Numbered from the stretch's first letter, positions 31,401 through 42,570 are shown. The stretch: DNA of 64,000 nt from Anthoceros angustus (GCA_010909165.1 VJWM01000025.1:1302001-1366000), one strand, 5' to 3'. Translations and numbers: made by a program. Notes: a model not told the origin generated them from the letters alone.

Positions 31401-34400
31401 TTATCATACTCTAGGGCTGTAGTAGGGCCGTAATCTTATATCCCGTATCTCCTCAATAGCATATGAGATCTTCCACTATGGGGTAGATAGGTTTAGGGTC
31501 ATCATATTCATCAGGGAACTATCATATACAGTAATCTAGAGCTGTGAGTTTACCTATACATATTTTCAACTTACATATTAAATACCTATAAATTACATGC
31601 AAAATTACACCCACCAAAAAAAGGGTGTTATTGCCATGTATTATATGTAATTAAAATTTTAATTATATGTTCATATGTAATAGATTATTATTTCAACTAG
31701 GAAGTTACTGGTTGAAGTCAGAAAAAAGGAGTAGGTTTTGCAAGATTTGGTTTTACAGGATTAGTTAAACATGGAAGCGCATACGCTAATTCCCGCCATT
31801 TTCATCACAAAGAAAACCAATAGTTGAGGCGACATTCTACGAGAGATGGATCTTGTCTGAATTCGATCTACCTAACTCACAATCACAAGGATTTGCTTAA
31901 GACATATTTGCGGGAACAATTGATCGAGTGGATCCAAGTTTCTGGTCGGATAAATATGGCCCGTCATGTCTGTGCAAGATCGAGAAAAGACATGTGATGT
32001 TGCTGCTCTTTAAAGAGCTAATTTCGTCGGGACACACTGATTCCGTCGAAACAAAAACGAAATTTGTAACTAGCCTAGTGCTAATAATGAACTTATTTAA
32101 GTGATCTCATTTTGTCTCAGGGATCACTTAAATAAGTTCTTTGCCACAACATAAGGAAGGCTTAAACCTCACTAAGAAGCGCACGTGTGAGTTTCCCGCA
32201 TGTTGCTCAAGCAGCGGATCTTTATTCTATTGAAATCTATGCCATACAGAGGGCATGGCCAAATGCAATCCAGTTGGCAATTTGTAGGCCATCTTTATGA
32301 AATATCATGGATAGCCAGTGTGTACCCATAAGGACACAGAGATGGTTCGGAGAGGGCTCACCCATAAAGTTGTTCTACGGCCGACCGAAAAAGAACTGCT
32401 ATAATTTTAGATGAAAAACCTACAATGATGAAGAGAATTCACATAAAGATCCCACTAGGCTAAGCACCAAAAAGAGTGATTTCATATCTAGTAAAAATCT
32501 TGGCTAATTCCAGTTGACTAGAGTGAGAAATTAGCCTAGATTTTTACTAGCAAAAATAAATCAGAGGAGAACGAATCAACAATATTCAAGATGGAAATGC
32601 GGCTAGAATAAAATAATTTAACCCGTCTTCTTTTGGATGCTGTGATCACATAATAACGTGAAAGCTTCGTAGGCCCTATTAGTATTCGAATCGTCCAGAA
32701 GGGGTTATTGCACAAAAGTCCTCACACTGTCTTTTGCAGAGGGTTGAAGCCCAATTAGTGTATTATAATATACATATTTTGTAGATAATAACTTCAACTA
32801 TAGATGCCTAAACCTTGAACCATTAGACTTTGTATTAGCAACCACAAGCCACAAGTACTCTGAATTGCGGCTGTGAGCTTGCATTGAGCTTTGTAGATTC
32901 CAACTAAGAACATCTTGGATTATGAACACTTTGATTTCTGGCTATGACTTTGTGGATTATACATTAGCTATTCTCAACCCCAGTGGTATGCACTTTTTTT
33001 TTTTCTGTCTGAGAGGAGTGAAGTATGAGTCAATGACCTGCTTGTTTAATGTTGCAATGAGACATGAATCCTTGCAGTATTTAAAGCGCATCCAGCCAAA
33101 AAATGCAAATGCATTCTAATCCTACCTTAAGCTTATGCGGTCAAACTTCTCATGATTGGCTTGCCCCAAATGGACAAGAGGGCGTATGGATCCGACCTCC
33201 CTGCCAACGTTCATAAAGCCAATTCAATTGTTGCAAAATTAGCGGGCGGGAGAGCCTCAAAGGAAACAAAATGAGTGAAATGAAGAACATGATTTGAAAC
33301 AATTGCCTTGGCGACATAACTTCCTTTGACATGGCCCCAATTTAGGTATGTTAGCTAATGTATAGCACAAAAGGTAAAGCAATCTTCAATCATTTCACAT
33401 GAAATGTCTATATACGTGCAAAAGGCTACGCTTAATCTGCGTTAGGTCTAATTAGCTTTATTGATGTCATGACTAAAGATGAAAATAAAAACCTCCAATT
33501 GGCCCAAAGCTAGGGTAGCGTATGCTGCAACAATGCTGTTAGTTATTGTGGGCGATGACGCAAGACGTGATTTCTTTCAGTTAGTATGTCTAGAACTTTT
33601 AATTGCATTCTTGTTATAAATCGGCTAACTTCTATTGCACGAGGTATGTATGGAAGTGGAGAATATTAAATTATAGGTATCTAATGGATTTTATTTTGGA
33701 ATGATGTTGCATATTAGTTCATCAGTTTATTTGGTCCTTTTTGTGAAGCATATCTTATGATGGAAGGGGAACAAATAATAATAGGTGACGCCCATTGGAC
33801 TTTATATAAGATGCAATTTCATGTTGATGAAACCACGAAAATTACATTTATGAATTTCTTTGGAGGTGTGGATAATACTTGAGATATGAAAAGGAGATGT
33901 GATGTGTTTGAGGAAATGAATAGAGTGCTTCCATCAATTAGAGAGAAAAAAAAGTTGATTGGCTAGCACAATGTTCTAATCCTAGATGTAATGGTCGATC
34001 CGAAGCATTGTTATAAATTAGTCAAAATCTCTTAATATGAGAGGGTGTTTGCTGAAGCTCTGATGAAAAACTTGTGAACCAAAAAGGACAACAACCTTAC
34101 TTTCCCTGTTGACTACCCACTGGTTGGACTCAAATAGGTATTATATAGATATTGAAAGTTAATTTGAACCAACTTTCATGTACGCTTATGGCTCATAGTG
34201 TTGGGAGTTTTTTGCACCTAGCTAAGGGATGTTGCTAAGAAATTACTTAGTTTACCTCCTACAACAACAGGGAGCCAGATTTTGGAGTGCATGGCGACAC
34301 ATCTGGAAGTACAAATGAGCTTCTATCAAGGTCGATCAGGTTGCAATGTTTGGTTTATGTTTATTTCAATAGAGGGATTCTTACATGCCTAGGAGATAGC

Positions 34401-35900
34401 ATAGATGCGAACGATTATGTAATGTATGTCGATAGTCTAGCTTCTCTTCAAGTGACAATGGATGTAGAGACTTGTAACAATACTTTAACAACTTAGCACT
34501 GAGCAATGATTCATAATTAATATTTTAAATATTTTAAGCACATATATATATACTACATTGTACGTATATTGAAGAATGGTTACATGTCATATTATGTGTA
34601 AAGTTATGTGTCATGACAGTAATTACATGTAAATGTGTAACGCCGAGTGTCAGTGGGGGGTTTACAATATAGATTCACAGCTATCTCGTGTCCCATATCC
34701 CTTTCGTGCATGTTTCAAGTAGTCAATGGGTTCACCTTATCCATCATTGAAGTGATCATGGTAGCCCTCCTGCACATCTTTCAAGTAGTCCATGGGTTCA
34801 TCATATTCATCCTTGAAGTGATCATAATAGCCTCTCTCCAAATCTCCCGAGAAATCCATCATGTGTTTAATGATGGGACATTGGCAAGGGAGAGTATTGT
34901 CTCATCTAAATCACGGAATACCATTACGGGTTATATCGTCATGTGAACCACGGGATATCATTGGGATGTTGTCATATGTCGAAGAGAAGATACAAACATT
35001 TTCATCTATCTATCATACCATCTCGAACATCTCATAAGATCATGGACTCACACGAGGAGTTCAAAAGTAAGAGAGTTGATTTTCCTTAATGGTAAACATC
35101 AATACATCTATCCCCTATATTGAAACAACATTATACTAACGAGAGACAAAATTCCACCAATCTAGGAGGCTATTGTCTTATATAGGTACTTATTGAAGGC
35201 TCTAATTAGGTTCATCCTAGTTGAATTATAATTATTTATTACTAATGATGTAAGATATTTATAAGAAGCAGTCTAAAATTGAATATGAAATGTACAGCGG
35301 GTTAGCGGAATGACAACCTAGGTCCTGCGGGAAATTTTCAATGAGGCCACCAACCGTGGAGTGACTTAAAAAACTACCGTATCCCGAATGGTAATTCTAT
35401 GTTAATTAATTAAAATTAGTAAAATTTGAAAATTCAGAAATTATTATACTTAAAATGCCCAATTTGTCAAAATTTACAAGTTTAAGATGCCAGAAACAAG
35501 GAAACTAGGGTTTGTGTGGAAAGTTAGAGCTTGTTTAGGGGAGGTCTATATACATTCATCAATTCTATATAGATACCTATGTATTCTAATGGTTGTTGTA
35601 ATTTGATAAAATTATTTTTCATAAAAGTTAAAAGTTTGGAAATATAAATATTTATGTTAAACGATATTTTTTACAAAAAATAATTATTTCGACATTACCC
35701 TGCTGAACCACCCCTCGGGGTACGGTATTGAAATTCCGTTTTTGGTTACCGAATTTATTGAAAACGCATCAAAGTTTTTTGGGGATCTCATTCGGCCGTC
35801 TGTAGATGAATTGTAAGTGGTAGCGGGGCAGAGCGTCGGAATTGACAGGTCCTGATGTTGTGGCAAAGAATTGGACTTAGACTTGGAGAACGAGTGAGAG
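31400..35900. mobile_element. AT-rich island, probably decayed transposon relics (family unresolved)
   Basis: Abrupt shift to visibly AT-rich sequence with no intact genes. Stop-riddled coding-like stretches include EIYAIQRAWPNAIQLAIC near 32240 (weakly MULE-like) and HNVLILDVMVDPKH near 33970 (weakly hAT-like). Confidence 0.4.
34711..34840. repeat. Two-copy 60-bp tandem repeat
   Basis: tttcaagtagtc(a/c)atgggttca..t.tcc.t...tgaagtgatcat..tagcc occurs twice. Confidence 0.75.
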
Positions 35901-36053
35901 TCCAGTCGACCGATGTTGCTATCATAAGCTTAACACAGTCCTTGTCTTGCGGCCGGCCAGCTACGAATCGAGCCGACTCCTACTTATTCCACCGACTCCC
36001 ACCAGTACCATTTCACCTGCAGAGCGCTGGCTAGGTAGTCCAATTCTCCGTTC

Positions 36054-38654
36054 TCATTGTCGACCCTTGCAACTGCAAGAACCAGCTGCGAATCGATGCA
36101 CACGGTACCCATCCCTTACAACAATGTCTCTCTTTTCAACCCTTGACAAGACTTCGGTGCTACTGTGGCAGTCACTGCACATGCGGAGATTCTTTGTTAC
36201 CATCAGAGGTGTGCCACTCGGGGTGTTCAAAAGACCGTACGCCAAAGCGAGCTTCTCAGCATGCCCACAAAGCGCATCTTCCTTGTCCTTCTCAGACAGT
36301 GGCTTCAACACCAGGTTTGTGTGGGGTACATGACCCCCTTCCTCCTTCAGGCGTGCATTCATACTCTCTACCGTGAGAGAAATATCCTCCCTGTTTTCTC
36401 CCACCACAAATGTATGTATTTGCTTTTTTACCTCAATGCCCGCAACTGCAGGTTTCTTGTTAGCTCCTGCTGCAATTCTCTGTTTTTCAATCCTGTCTAC
36501 GTCAGTCCACCTACCTGCATCTGCATAGACATTGGCCATGAGCACATATGGGGACGCCTGCTTAGGGTCGATTCTAACAAGACCTTCAAAACAACGTGTC
36601 GCCCTCTCTACATCCCCTTGACCTTTGCAGGCATTCAGCAAAGATGTCAACCCCACAACATTGTTTTGGCTCTCACACGACAGTAGCATCTTCTCTGCCT
36701 CATCTAAATGGCCCGCCCGTCCAAGAAGCTCAACCATGCAAGAGTAATGCTCGACAGAAGGTTGGATGCCGTGCCGTTCAACCATGGCATCAAAGTGCTT
36801 GCGACCCTGCTTCACCAGTCCCTCCTGACTGCATGCTACGAAAAGGCAAGTAAAAGTAGCCTCGTCAGGCTGAATGCCAGCCGCTAACATCTCCTCAAAA
36901 CAAGCTAGTGCATAGTGACCTTCACCACAGGTGCCACACCCAGCTATCAGAGCCGTCCATGTCACCACATCCTTTGTAGATAAACTGTCAAAAACCCTGC
37001 GTGCATCTTCCAGTTGCCCACAATTTGCATACATCTCCACCAGGCAGGTGCCCACCACTGTGTTTTCTAGCTTTCCTCTTTCCACAACCTGTGAGTGCAG
37101 CTGCCTGCCCTTGTCTAAGGCACCAGCACTAGAACAAGCCTTCAATAGGCAAGCAAAAGTAAAATCGTCAGCCAAAATTAGGCCCTCTTCCTCCATTTGT
37201 CCATACAGAACAAGCGCCTCTTGACCAAGCCCATGATTTGCATATCCAGCAATCAGGGCTGTCCACGTCACCACATTTTTTGTGGCCAAACTGTCAAAGA
37301 CCCGGCGTGCATCTTCCAGTTCGCCACATTTTGCATACATGTCCACCAGGCAGGTGCCCACCACAATGTCAGATTCTAGTTGCCTGCTTAAACGAATTTG
37401 TGAGTGCAGCTGTCTGCCCTTCTGTAAGGCACCAGCACTTGCACAGGCCTTCAGAAGGTAAGCAAAAGTAAAATGGTCAGCCAAAATCAGGCCCTCCTCC
37501 TCCATTTGTCCATACAAAACAAGCGCCTCTTGAGCGAGCCCACCATTTGTGTACCCAGCGAGCAGGGCATTCCACGTCACCACATTTTTTGAGGCCAAGC
37601 TGTCGAAAACACTCCGTGCAGCATCCAGTTCCCCACATTTTGCATACATGTCCACCAGGCAGCTGCCAACAAACAAGTTAGGAGGAATGCCACTGAGCAA
37701 CACATCCGAGTGCACTTTCCTGCCAGATTCCAAGTCTGCGGTCAGTGCACAACCTTGAAGGGCAGCTGCGAAGACGTGAGCGTTAGCTTTTACACCCGAC
37801 TCACGCATCTCAAAGTACAGCTGTATGGCCTCATTAGGTTTCCCATGTTTAGCATGGGCTGAGATTATGGAAAACCACATGAAGACATCTGGTTTGCCCA
37901 CCCTGGTGAACACATCCATGGCCTCTTGCAACCTTCCCACACATGCGTACATGCGCAAGATGTGGTTCCCCACGTATGCATTTGCCTCGTACCCAAGTTT
38001 GACCGAGAGATCATGAACTCGGCGCCCCACAACCAGATCCTTCTTGGCTGCACAAAGTTTCAGCACAGTATAAAAGAGAGACTGAGAGACAGGGCAGTCT
38101 GCTTGCGCCAGAAACTCCAGGGCTCCAACGGCCTCAGTAAGCTTCCCCTGACGACATAGCGAGCTCACAGTCACTGCCGCTGCGCCAATTTCCGGTCCTG
38201 CATGCCTGCCAGGCTCAGCTGTGGAGGGAGACGCACCATGACCCATCTGCATATCCAAACCAACGAGCAGCTCGTCCACCCACGGAGGCTTGAAAAAGTT
38301 GTCTAACCACAGGACCTCGCCGGATCCCTTATGCCGGAAGTCAGGTGAGCGGGAGCTCTTCTTATCTCGCCTGTTATCCCACCACATGGTAGGGTCCAAA
38401 AAAAATCCTCGCCACAGGAGCTCCTGCTCCTGGGAACGGCTGTCGCTGGACAATCCTTGCCCAGGTATACATTTTCCAGGAAGTACTGGGTTCCTTACGC
38501 TGCTGCACCTCCAGGCTTGGTTGTTTGCCAGCGGTTGACCCCCTAAGGTGAGATGAGGGTTAGCTCCTGGTAGAATCCCTGTACATCCACCAATCTGCTG
38601 GGTCCACAACCGATCGGGTTGCCATACTGTGGCCATCTTACAGGCACAACTCAT
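36054..38654 (-). CDS. PLS-class PPR RNA-editing factor with complete N-terminal PDF motif and DYW:KP domain, C-terminus GRQ
   Basis: PDF motif at 38265..38423, about 4 PLS triplets, then KKPAVAGIEV, LCGHAEKLALAYGLL, RMCSDCH and SCSCKGRQ*. Confidence 0.95.
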   Translation of the reverse strand: MSCACKMATVWQPDRLWTQQIGGCTGILPGANPHLTLGGQPLANNQAWRCSSVRNPVLPGKCIPGQGLSSDSRSQEQELLWRGFFLDPTMWWDNRRDKKSSRSPDFRHKGSGEVLWLDNFFKPPWVDELLVGLDMQMGHGASPSTAEPGRHAGPEIGAAAVTVSSLCRQGKLTEAVGALEFLAQADCPVSQSLFYTVLKLCAAKKDLVVGRRVHDLSVKLGYEANAYVGNHILRMYACVGRLQEAMDVFTRVGKPDVFMWFSIISAHAKHGKPNEAIQLYFEMRESGVKANAHVFAAALQGCALTADLESGRKVHSDVLLSGIPPNLFVGSCLVDMYAKCGELDAARSVFDSLASKNVVTWNALLAGYTNGGLAQEALVLYGQMEEEGLILADHFTFAYLLKACASAGALQKGRQLHSQIRLSRQLESDIVVGTCLVDMYAKCGELEDARRVFDSLATKNVVTWTALIAGYANHGLGQEALVLYGQMEEEGLILADDFTFACLLKACSSAGALDKGRQLHSQVVERGKLENTVVGTCLVEMYANCGQLEDARRVFDSLSTKDVVTWTALIAGCGTCGEGHYALACFEEMLAAGIQPDEATFTCLFVACSQEGLVKQGRKHFDAMVERHGIQPSVEHYSCMVELLGRAGHLDEAEKMLLSCESQNNVVGLTSLLNACKGQGDVERATRCFEGLVRIDPKQASPYVLMANVYADAGRWTDVDRIEKQRIAAGANKKPAVAGIEVKKQIHTFVVGENREDISLTVESMNARLKEEGGHVPHTNLVLKPLSEKDKEDALCGHAEKLALAYGLLNTPSGTPLMVTKNLRMCSDCHSSTEVLSRVEKRDIVVRDGYRVHRFAAGSCSCKGRQ
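38265..38423 (-). other. OSB-type PDF motif (complete)
   Basis: ELLWRGFFLDPTMWWDNRRDKKSSRSPDFRHKGSGEVLWLDNFFKPPWVDELL. Confidence 0.88.
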
Positions 38655-39026
38655 GTTGAGCAGAGCGAACAGTGCAGGCCGTGGCAGGATGCATAGAACC
38701 TATGGATGACAACAACAACAAACCGTGGAGAGCACACACTAGCCTTCAGTGAGTGCAGTATGGACGGCCAACAACGGAAAAGACGAACGCTTGCGGCTTT
38801 CAGAACCGCGCTCTCACACAAAAGCCGGCCGTGAAGATAAGGCGCGGTTCACTAATACGACCAGTACCAGTCTCTAGAGAACCTTCGTAGAGGCAAAGAT
38901 TTCTACGACGTGCGAATTGTTGGAACCGTGAACAATGACATTACCAGTAAGCACCGGAGGGAGAGAGGCCAAAGGGCTGGAGTCTTTTCTATAAATTTTT
39001 GTTTAACCGAACTTACAAGGTCATAC

Positions 39027-39691
39027 GTTTTGCTTACAGAATATCATATCCTAACTTTTTAAAACTTTTTGTTTATAGAATATCATATCCTAAGTTTCAG
39101 GGGATCAAGTTTCGGATCCCACCCGGGACAGTGTCTACGAACATGTTATCCTTAACCCTCTGGGTTGGGCGGCATAGGGATACACGACGGCTAAGGTCCA
39201 CAAGTACTCTCCTATGCAGGAAGGCCACGCCTTTGTCCCCAAGACTCACGAAGCCATGGGCAAGGATTTCTCTATGTTCGTCAAGGCCTGCGCCAAGGCT
39301 TATCATAGCCGCAATAATGGGGTTGGCCTCCCCCTTTCTTGTATTGTTGTTTTCTTTCTACAGAGGGTTTCCAACGACAGCGAGCATGGGAGATCCAGCT
39401 TCTTTGACTCTTCATATAAGTAGGCCTTTTCATATCCCTGACCACGAAGTTCTTCGTGCGGTTGGTAGTTTTGAAATGCGTGATCGTGGGGCTAGTCCTC
39501 TAACATGCTGCCCTTCGTTGGGTTTTCCCCCTTTGTTTATGGGGTGGATGAGTTTTTCCCATCTCTTTTTTAAAAGTAAAGTCTTCTTTTCGCCCAATCC
39601 TAACTTTCTGGAAAGTTTTGCTTATAGAATGTTAGATCCTAACTTTCAGGGGTGTTTTGCTTATAGAATATCATATCCTAACTTTTCGGGG
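39027..39691. repeat. Four copies of a 35-38 bp direct repeat, two on each side of a LINE fragment
   Basis: ttttg(c/t)tta(c/t)agaatatcatatcctaa(c/g)ttt at about 39027, 39067, 39615 (more diverged) and 39654. Confidence 0.85.
39110..39597 (+). mobile_element. 5'-truncated non-LTR retrotransposon fragment, restriction-like endonuclease (RLE) C-terminus
   Basis: AA*GYTTAKVHKYSPMQEGHAFVPKTHEAMGK..FFLQRVS, then frameshifted QRAWEI, resembles the K..KY..G..F.P..E..G..QR.S.ALQR end of RLE-clade LINEs. Confidence 0.55.
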
Positions 39692-39735
39692 TTGGCCGAT
39701 GGTCCTCCACCATCTTGCAAGGGGGATTGCCCCTT

Positions 39736-39890
39736 CATACTGTTGCAAACATGTATGGATTCATACTGTTGCAGACATGTATGGGTTGATATTGTTGCAG
39801 ACATGTATGGGTTCATACTATTGCAGACATGTATGGGTTCATGCAACAACATATATGGTTCATACTGTTGTGTTGAAGACATGTATGGGA
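39736..39890. repeat. 26-bp minisatellite (about 5 units)
   Basis: tgttgcagacatgtatgggttcatac repeated in tandem with degeneracy. Confidence 0.85.
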
Positions 39891-40384
39891 TAGCAGCTTC
39901 GACTTTGATTCAATACACCATTATGATTTCGGAGCTACTAAATAATAAAAAAAATTATCCAACCCCAAGGTGCTGAACCCCAATATGGGGAACTTAGGAG
40001 AAACGGGGACTTGGTCCACCCTCTTGTAGACAGCGAACTTGGTCCAACCTCTTCCTGGTCCAACCTTTTGTAAGAGATGGACTCTATTCATGGCTTCATA
40101 CAGACAAAACTATTACCATAGACCAAGCTCGCTATCATATTTACGCGTTGATCTCACTATTATGTTTATGCGTTGATGGGATAACACACCATGGCATCGA
40201 AAATCTACTTTCCATCTATTTATCTCAAGATCCCTAGCAAAGAGCTGCCTGTAGTAGATCTAGCTAGATTTGACCACCCGCCCTTCAGGGATATCTCAAC
40301 CTCACTGTAAAGAAGAGATTCCAACCAACAAGGCCGACCACAGAAAAGAAGATGAAGGAGCCCTGGAGTTGTGTGCGAACATGC

Positions 40385-40780
40385 CAGGATCAGCATGCCT
40401 ATATATCTCGCAGCAGGAGGCAGCCTGATCGAACAGGTTGGCTTCACTCAGAACTTCGGCAAGCGCCCACCAAGTCGGAGCTGCTGGGTGGGGAAACCCT
40501 GCAGTCGCCAAGGGGGAACAGCCAAGCTGCCTTGGACTACCTCATATCACTGGACAGTGACAACATATTTCGGGAACACGGACAAAATGGTGGTAGCAGC
40601 ACGAGTGCTGAAAGGGAAGAAACGTTGGTGCTGAATCGCAAGGCCTTTGCCGTAGCCATGACATCGGAAGGCTTTAAACCCAAGGATGTTGCGGCCAACA
40701 TGTGGCAAGTGCACAAACAAGCTGCGGGAAACAGGCAGAGATTCGCCTTTCGCGTCCCACTGCAACTGGCTGCTCCGGGC
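40385..40780 (+). pseudogene. Frameshifted inverted copy of the 3' end of the O-fucosyltransferase gene at 53404..55242
   Basis: atgcctatatatctcgcagcaggaggcagcctgatcgaacag..gaatcgcaaggcctttgccgtagccatgacatcggaaggctttaaacccaaggatgttgcgg matches the reverse complement of about 53410-53830, with several small deletions. Confidence 0.9.
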
Positions 40781-41126
40781 AACTGTGGCAATCGAGCTTC
40801 CATATACTGACCAGTAAATCACAAGTCTCTCTCGTCACTGACCAGGGAGCATACAATATGAAGTTTAGGGTTTAGAGGTCTACATGGGCCAACAATCTGA
40901 ACATCCGCAGTACGCCGAAGCCAATACTCTCGGCTCTGAGACCTTCATCGTTGCCGGTGAAGACATAATGAACCAGCCCTGGCCGAGCACAAGCATCAAA
41001 TCCTGCAAAACCACACTTGCTGACGATAAGCGACGATGACAGGGATGGAAAGCAGCAACAACTCAAGTCAGAATGCGCAGCATGTTGAGCAACACGGTAA
41101 CCTGCCTGCAGACGCAAAGACGCCAG

Positions 41127-41348
41127 TCAGTTGTAGTAAAGCTCCAGGCCCATGCCATCATGGATCTCGTAGTCCTGCAGAGTGATGTGATCCTTGTAGA
41201 TGGTGTACCACTTCTGGATGCGGATCTTGTCGGGCCGCGTCCCAGTCTGCGCTGCCACCAACTTCTTCAAATCGCCAATTGTGTCATCCTCGTTGCACTT
41301 CACCCTCACCTTCTTCCCTAGCCTGTCGTTGAGCACCACCTCAATCAT
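41127..41348 (-). CDS. UBL5: Ubiquitin-like protein 5 (Hub1), single exon
   Basis: 73 aa: [57 protein letters not shown]. Confidence 0.98.
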   Translation of the reverse strand: MIEVVLNDRLGKKVRVKCNEDDTIGDLKKLVAAQTGTRPDKIRIQKWYTIYKDHITLQDYEIHDGMGLELYYN

Positions 41349-41377
41349 GTTGGCGCCCCTGCTTGCTCCTGCCCTTG

Positions 41378-41441
41378 CTCGCTCCTGGCTTTCCTTGCTC
41401 GCTCCTGGCTTTCCTTGCTCGCTCCTGGCCTTCCTTGCTCG
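41378..41441. repeat. 20-bp tandem repeat (about 3 units) upstream of the UBL5 start
   Basis: gctcgctcctggc(t/c)ttcctt x3. Confidence 0.8.
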
Positions 41442-41617
41442 TCTTGCCTTTGCTGGCTCCTGCCCTGCGATTGAGCACAGCGATATCCTCGAACGACATA
41501 TATAAGAAGTATTTCAATTTGTAACTGGAAGCGTGAAGGTCACGCCACGCTTGAAGCACGCAGGAACCCTAAACTTAAGTCACTCTCCGTAGTCTCGAGT
41601 CTCGCCCTCCGGGCGCC

Positions 41618-42570
41618 ATGGAGGCTTCCAAGCAAGCAGGGATCCGTTACGAGCAGTACAGGGACGAGACGCAGCTGCCGACTGTTATGGCTCTCATCGA
41701 CCAGGAGCTCTCGGAACCCTACTCCATCTTCACATATAGATATTTCATTACGTTATGGCCTCACCTATGCTTTATGGTAATGAAAGCCTCCACCTTTGGA
41801 ATTGTGGGGGCTCAACTCGGATCTGTATGTGTTCCCGTCCGACATGTGTTTTGTGTTGTGAGCAGGCTTTTGATGAGGGCAAATGCGTAGGCACCATTGT
41901 GTGCAAAATGGGGGAGCATGGGTCTACCATAATGCGGGGCTACATTGCCATGCTTGTGGTGATCAAGCCTTACAGAGGGAAAGGCATTGGTGAGTACTGG
42001 ACCTGCACTCTGTGTCATCACCTCAGTAGCGTAGCCAGGCTGAGATTCGTCCTCACATTCATATTGGGCTTCTGGTAGCTACGGAGCTGGTCACCCGATG
42101 TATCCAAGTCATGCGTGATGGAGGATGCGATGAGGTTGGTGTGCCATCTTTTCTCTGCTTGCACAAGTTGCAAAGCCACTGCATTTCTGACAGGAGCGAT
42201 CTGCTGGCTGGGGCAGGTTACTTTGGAAGCAGAGGTGACTAATGAAGGAGCGTTAGCACTGTATGGCAACCTGGGCTTCATTCGGGCTAAGCGCTTGCAC
42301 AGATACTACTTGAATGGAGTGGACGCCTACCGGCTCAAGCTGCTGTTTCCCAGGCCACAGGATGCAAATACCATGCACATGCTTTTAAACTTGGAGCAAG
42401 AACACGATCACCACGACTGCTCTCAGCACAACCATCAGCAACACGATTGTTCAGGACACGGCCACAACCACCATCACCATCATGGACCACATCAGCACCG
42501 ACACGATCACGGCCATTCGCATCCCTACATGCTTCCACATAGACATGGTCCAAATTGCAATCACGGTTGA
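41618..42570 (+). CDS. NAA30: N-alpha-acetyltransferase 30 (NatC catalytic subunit, MAK3) with His-rich tail, multi-exon
   Basis: [36 protein letters not shown] and [42 protein letters not shown]. Confidence 0.95.

Noticed and set aside
38999-39976. 325-aa plus-strand ORF
   Set aside because: Starts at TTG and runs through three different repeat types and the LINE fragment in a non-coding frame; judged a chance ORF.
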